Source: Dimorphilus gyrociliatus (Eukaryota; Animalia; Annelida). Taken from it: a stretch of DNA of 64,000 nucleotides. Each line of letters begins with the position of its first letter. Within the stretch, counting starts at the first letter, position 1. Below are positions 63,501 to 64,000 of this stretch, piece by piece. The notes under the pieces are model-generated. The model made no database searches and had not been told where the DNA came from. It worked only from the letters and a program-made list of their open reading frames with translations. The translations under genes and the position numbers were made by a program. The stretch spans positions 4,369,689 through 4,433,688 of the forward strand of contig CAJFCJ010000005.1 of the NCBI GenBank assembly GCA_904063045.1, written 5' to 3'.

Positions 63501-64000
63501 ACATTGTATATCAATGTCCAGTTAGGGTTAGGGTTATGTCCTCCTAACCCTAACCCTAACCCTGGTCCTCTAATCACATTATACATTACCCTGAATATAT
63601 TCTTCAGAAAGGGAATCATTCTGAAAGCATTTTTCATCACTTTCATCCAGGCATTGAACTTTATTATTGCAAATGTCTTTAAATTCAATACATTGTCCAT
63701 TTTTACAAGCGATCCTTTTATTAAAATACAAGTAACGTTTCTTTTTTTGTTACAAATCTTATACGAGAGGAGATTGATGGAAAATGTCAATTGACATTTT
63801 CTACCATCCCTCGTCTATTCAAAATATATATAGCTACTTGTTATCATCACTACAATCTTTCCTTGCTGTTTGATCATGTGACATTCGTTTTATTTTATTA
63901 TAATTCAGTGAAGAATCTCTTCAATAGATTGATATTCTTACCGCAAAACATCTCATCCGATTCGTCCGAACAATCAAAAATGTAGTCACAAACTAATGTA
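60566..64000 (-). CDS. GRL101-like receptor C (5' end beyond the window): LDLa, LRRs, degenerate 7TM, C-terminal kinase-like tail
   Basis: LDLa CDGIYHCFYKDDEDNC (about 63130-63240) and CDGIVDCLRGSDELFC; LRR/hinge/TM (61741-62697; NVCCL..VC..DTCSRLI); TM5-6 (61449-61700); then exons 61425-61266, 61200-61157, about 61047-60839 and 60775-60566, joined in frame with GT-AG boundaries. Confidence 0.85.
63522..63563. repeat. Head-to-head telomere-type repeats (TTAGGG)2.5-8 nt-(TAACCC)3 in an intron of receptor C
   Basis: TTAGGGTTAGGGTTA at 63522-63536 and its exact reverse complement at 63545-63559. Confidence 0.9.

Noticed and set aside
63438-63794. GPGLGLGLGGHNPNPN / NPNPNPG peptides in ORFs 63275-63790 and 63438-63794
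   Set aside because: They are read-through of intronic telomere-type repeats between exons of receptor C.

Overview
AT-rich, intron-dense eukaryotic genomic DNA. Many introns are only 45-100 nt, GT-AG boundaries are clear, and TTAGGG tracts occur; this looks like a compact lophotrochozoan genome (an annelid is a guess). I reconstructed exons by hand because the ORF track only shows fragments. Left to right: (1) the 3' half of a TRPC channel whose pore/S6 exon is duplicated as two 196-nt frame-incompatible copies (mutually exclusive exons); (2) a CNBD2-like tandem cyclic-nucleotide-binding protein; (3) a cluster of five small secreted 12-Cys granulin-like genes, three CBM14/peritrophin-A chitin-binding genes (one fused to the granulin-like domain) and two divergent stomatin paralogues, with two granulin-like genes forming a near-identical inverted duplication about 24 kb apart; (4) three very divergent GRL101-like LDLa-LRR-7TM receptors and an intronless ZYG11/ZER1-like LRR gene. 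The two complete receptors have SRCR-like and C-type-lectin-like ectodomains. By my exon reconstruction all three continue past TM7 into a shared cytoplasmic domain resembling a truncated, catalytically dead protein-kinase C-lobe. That receptor-pseudokinase fusion family is the most novel-looking system here. All family calls are from motif recognition by eye; no searches were run.
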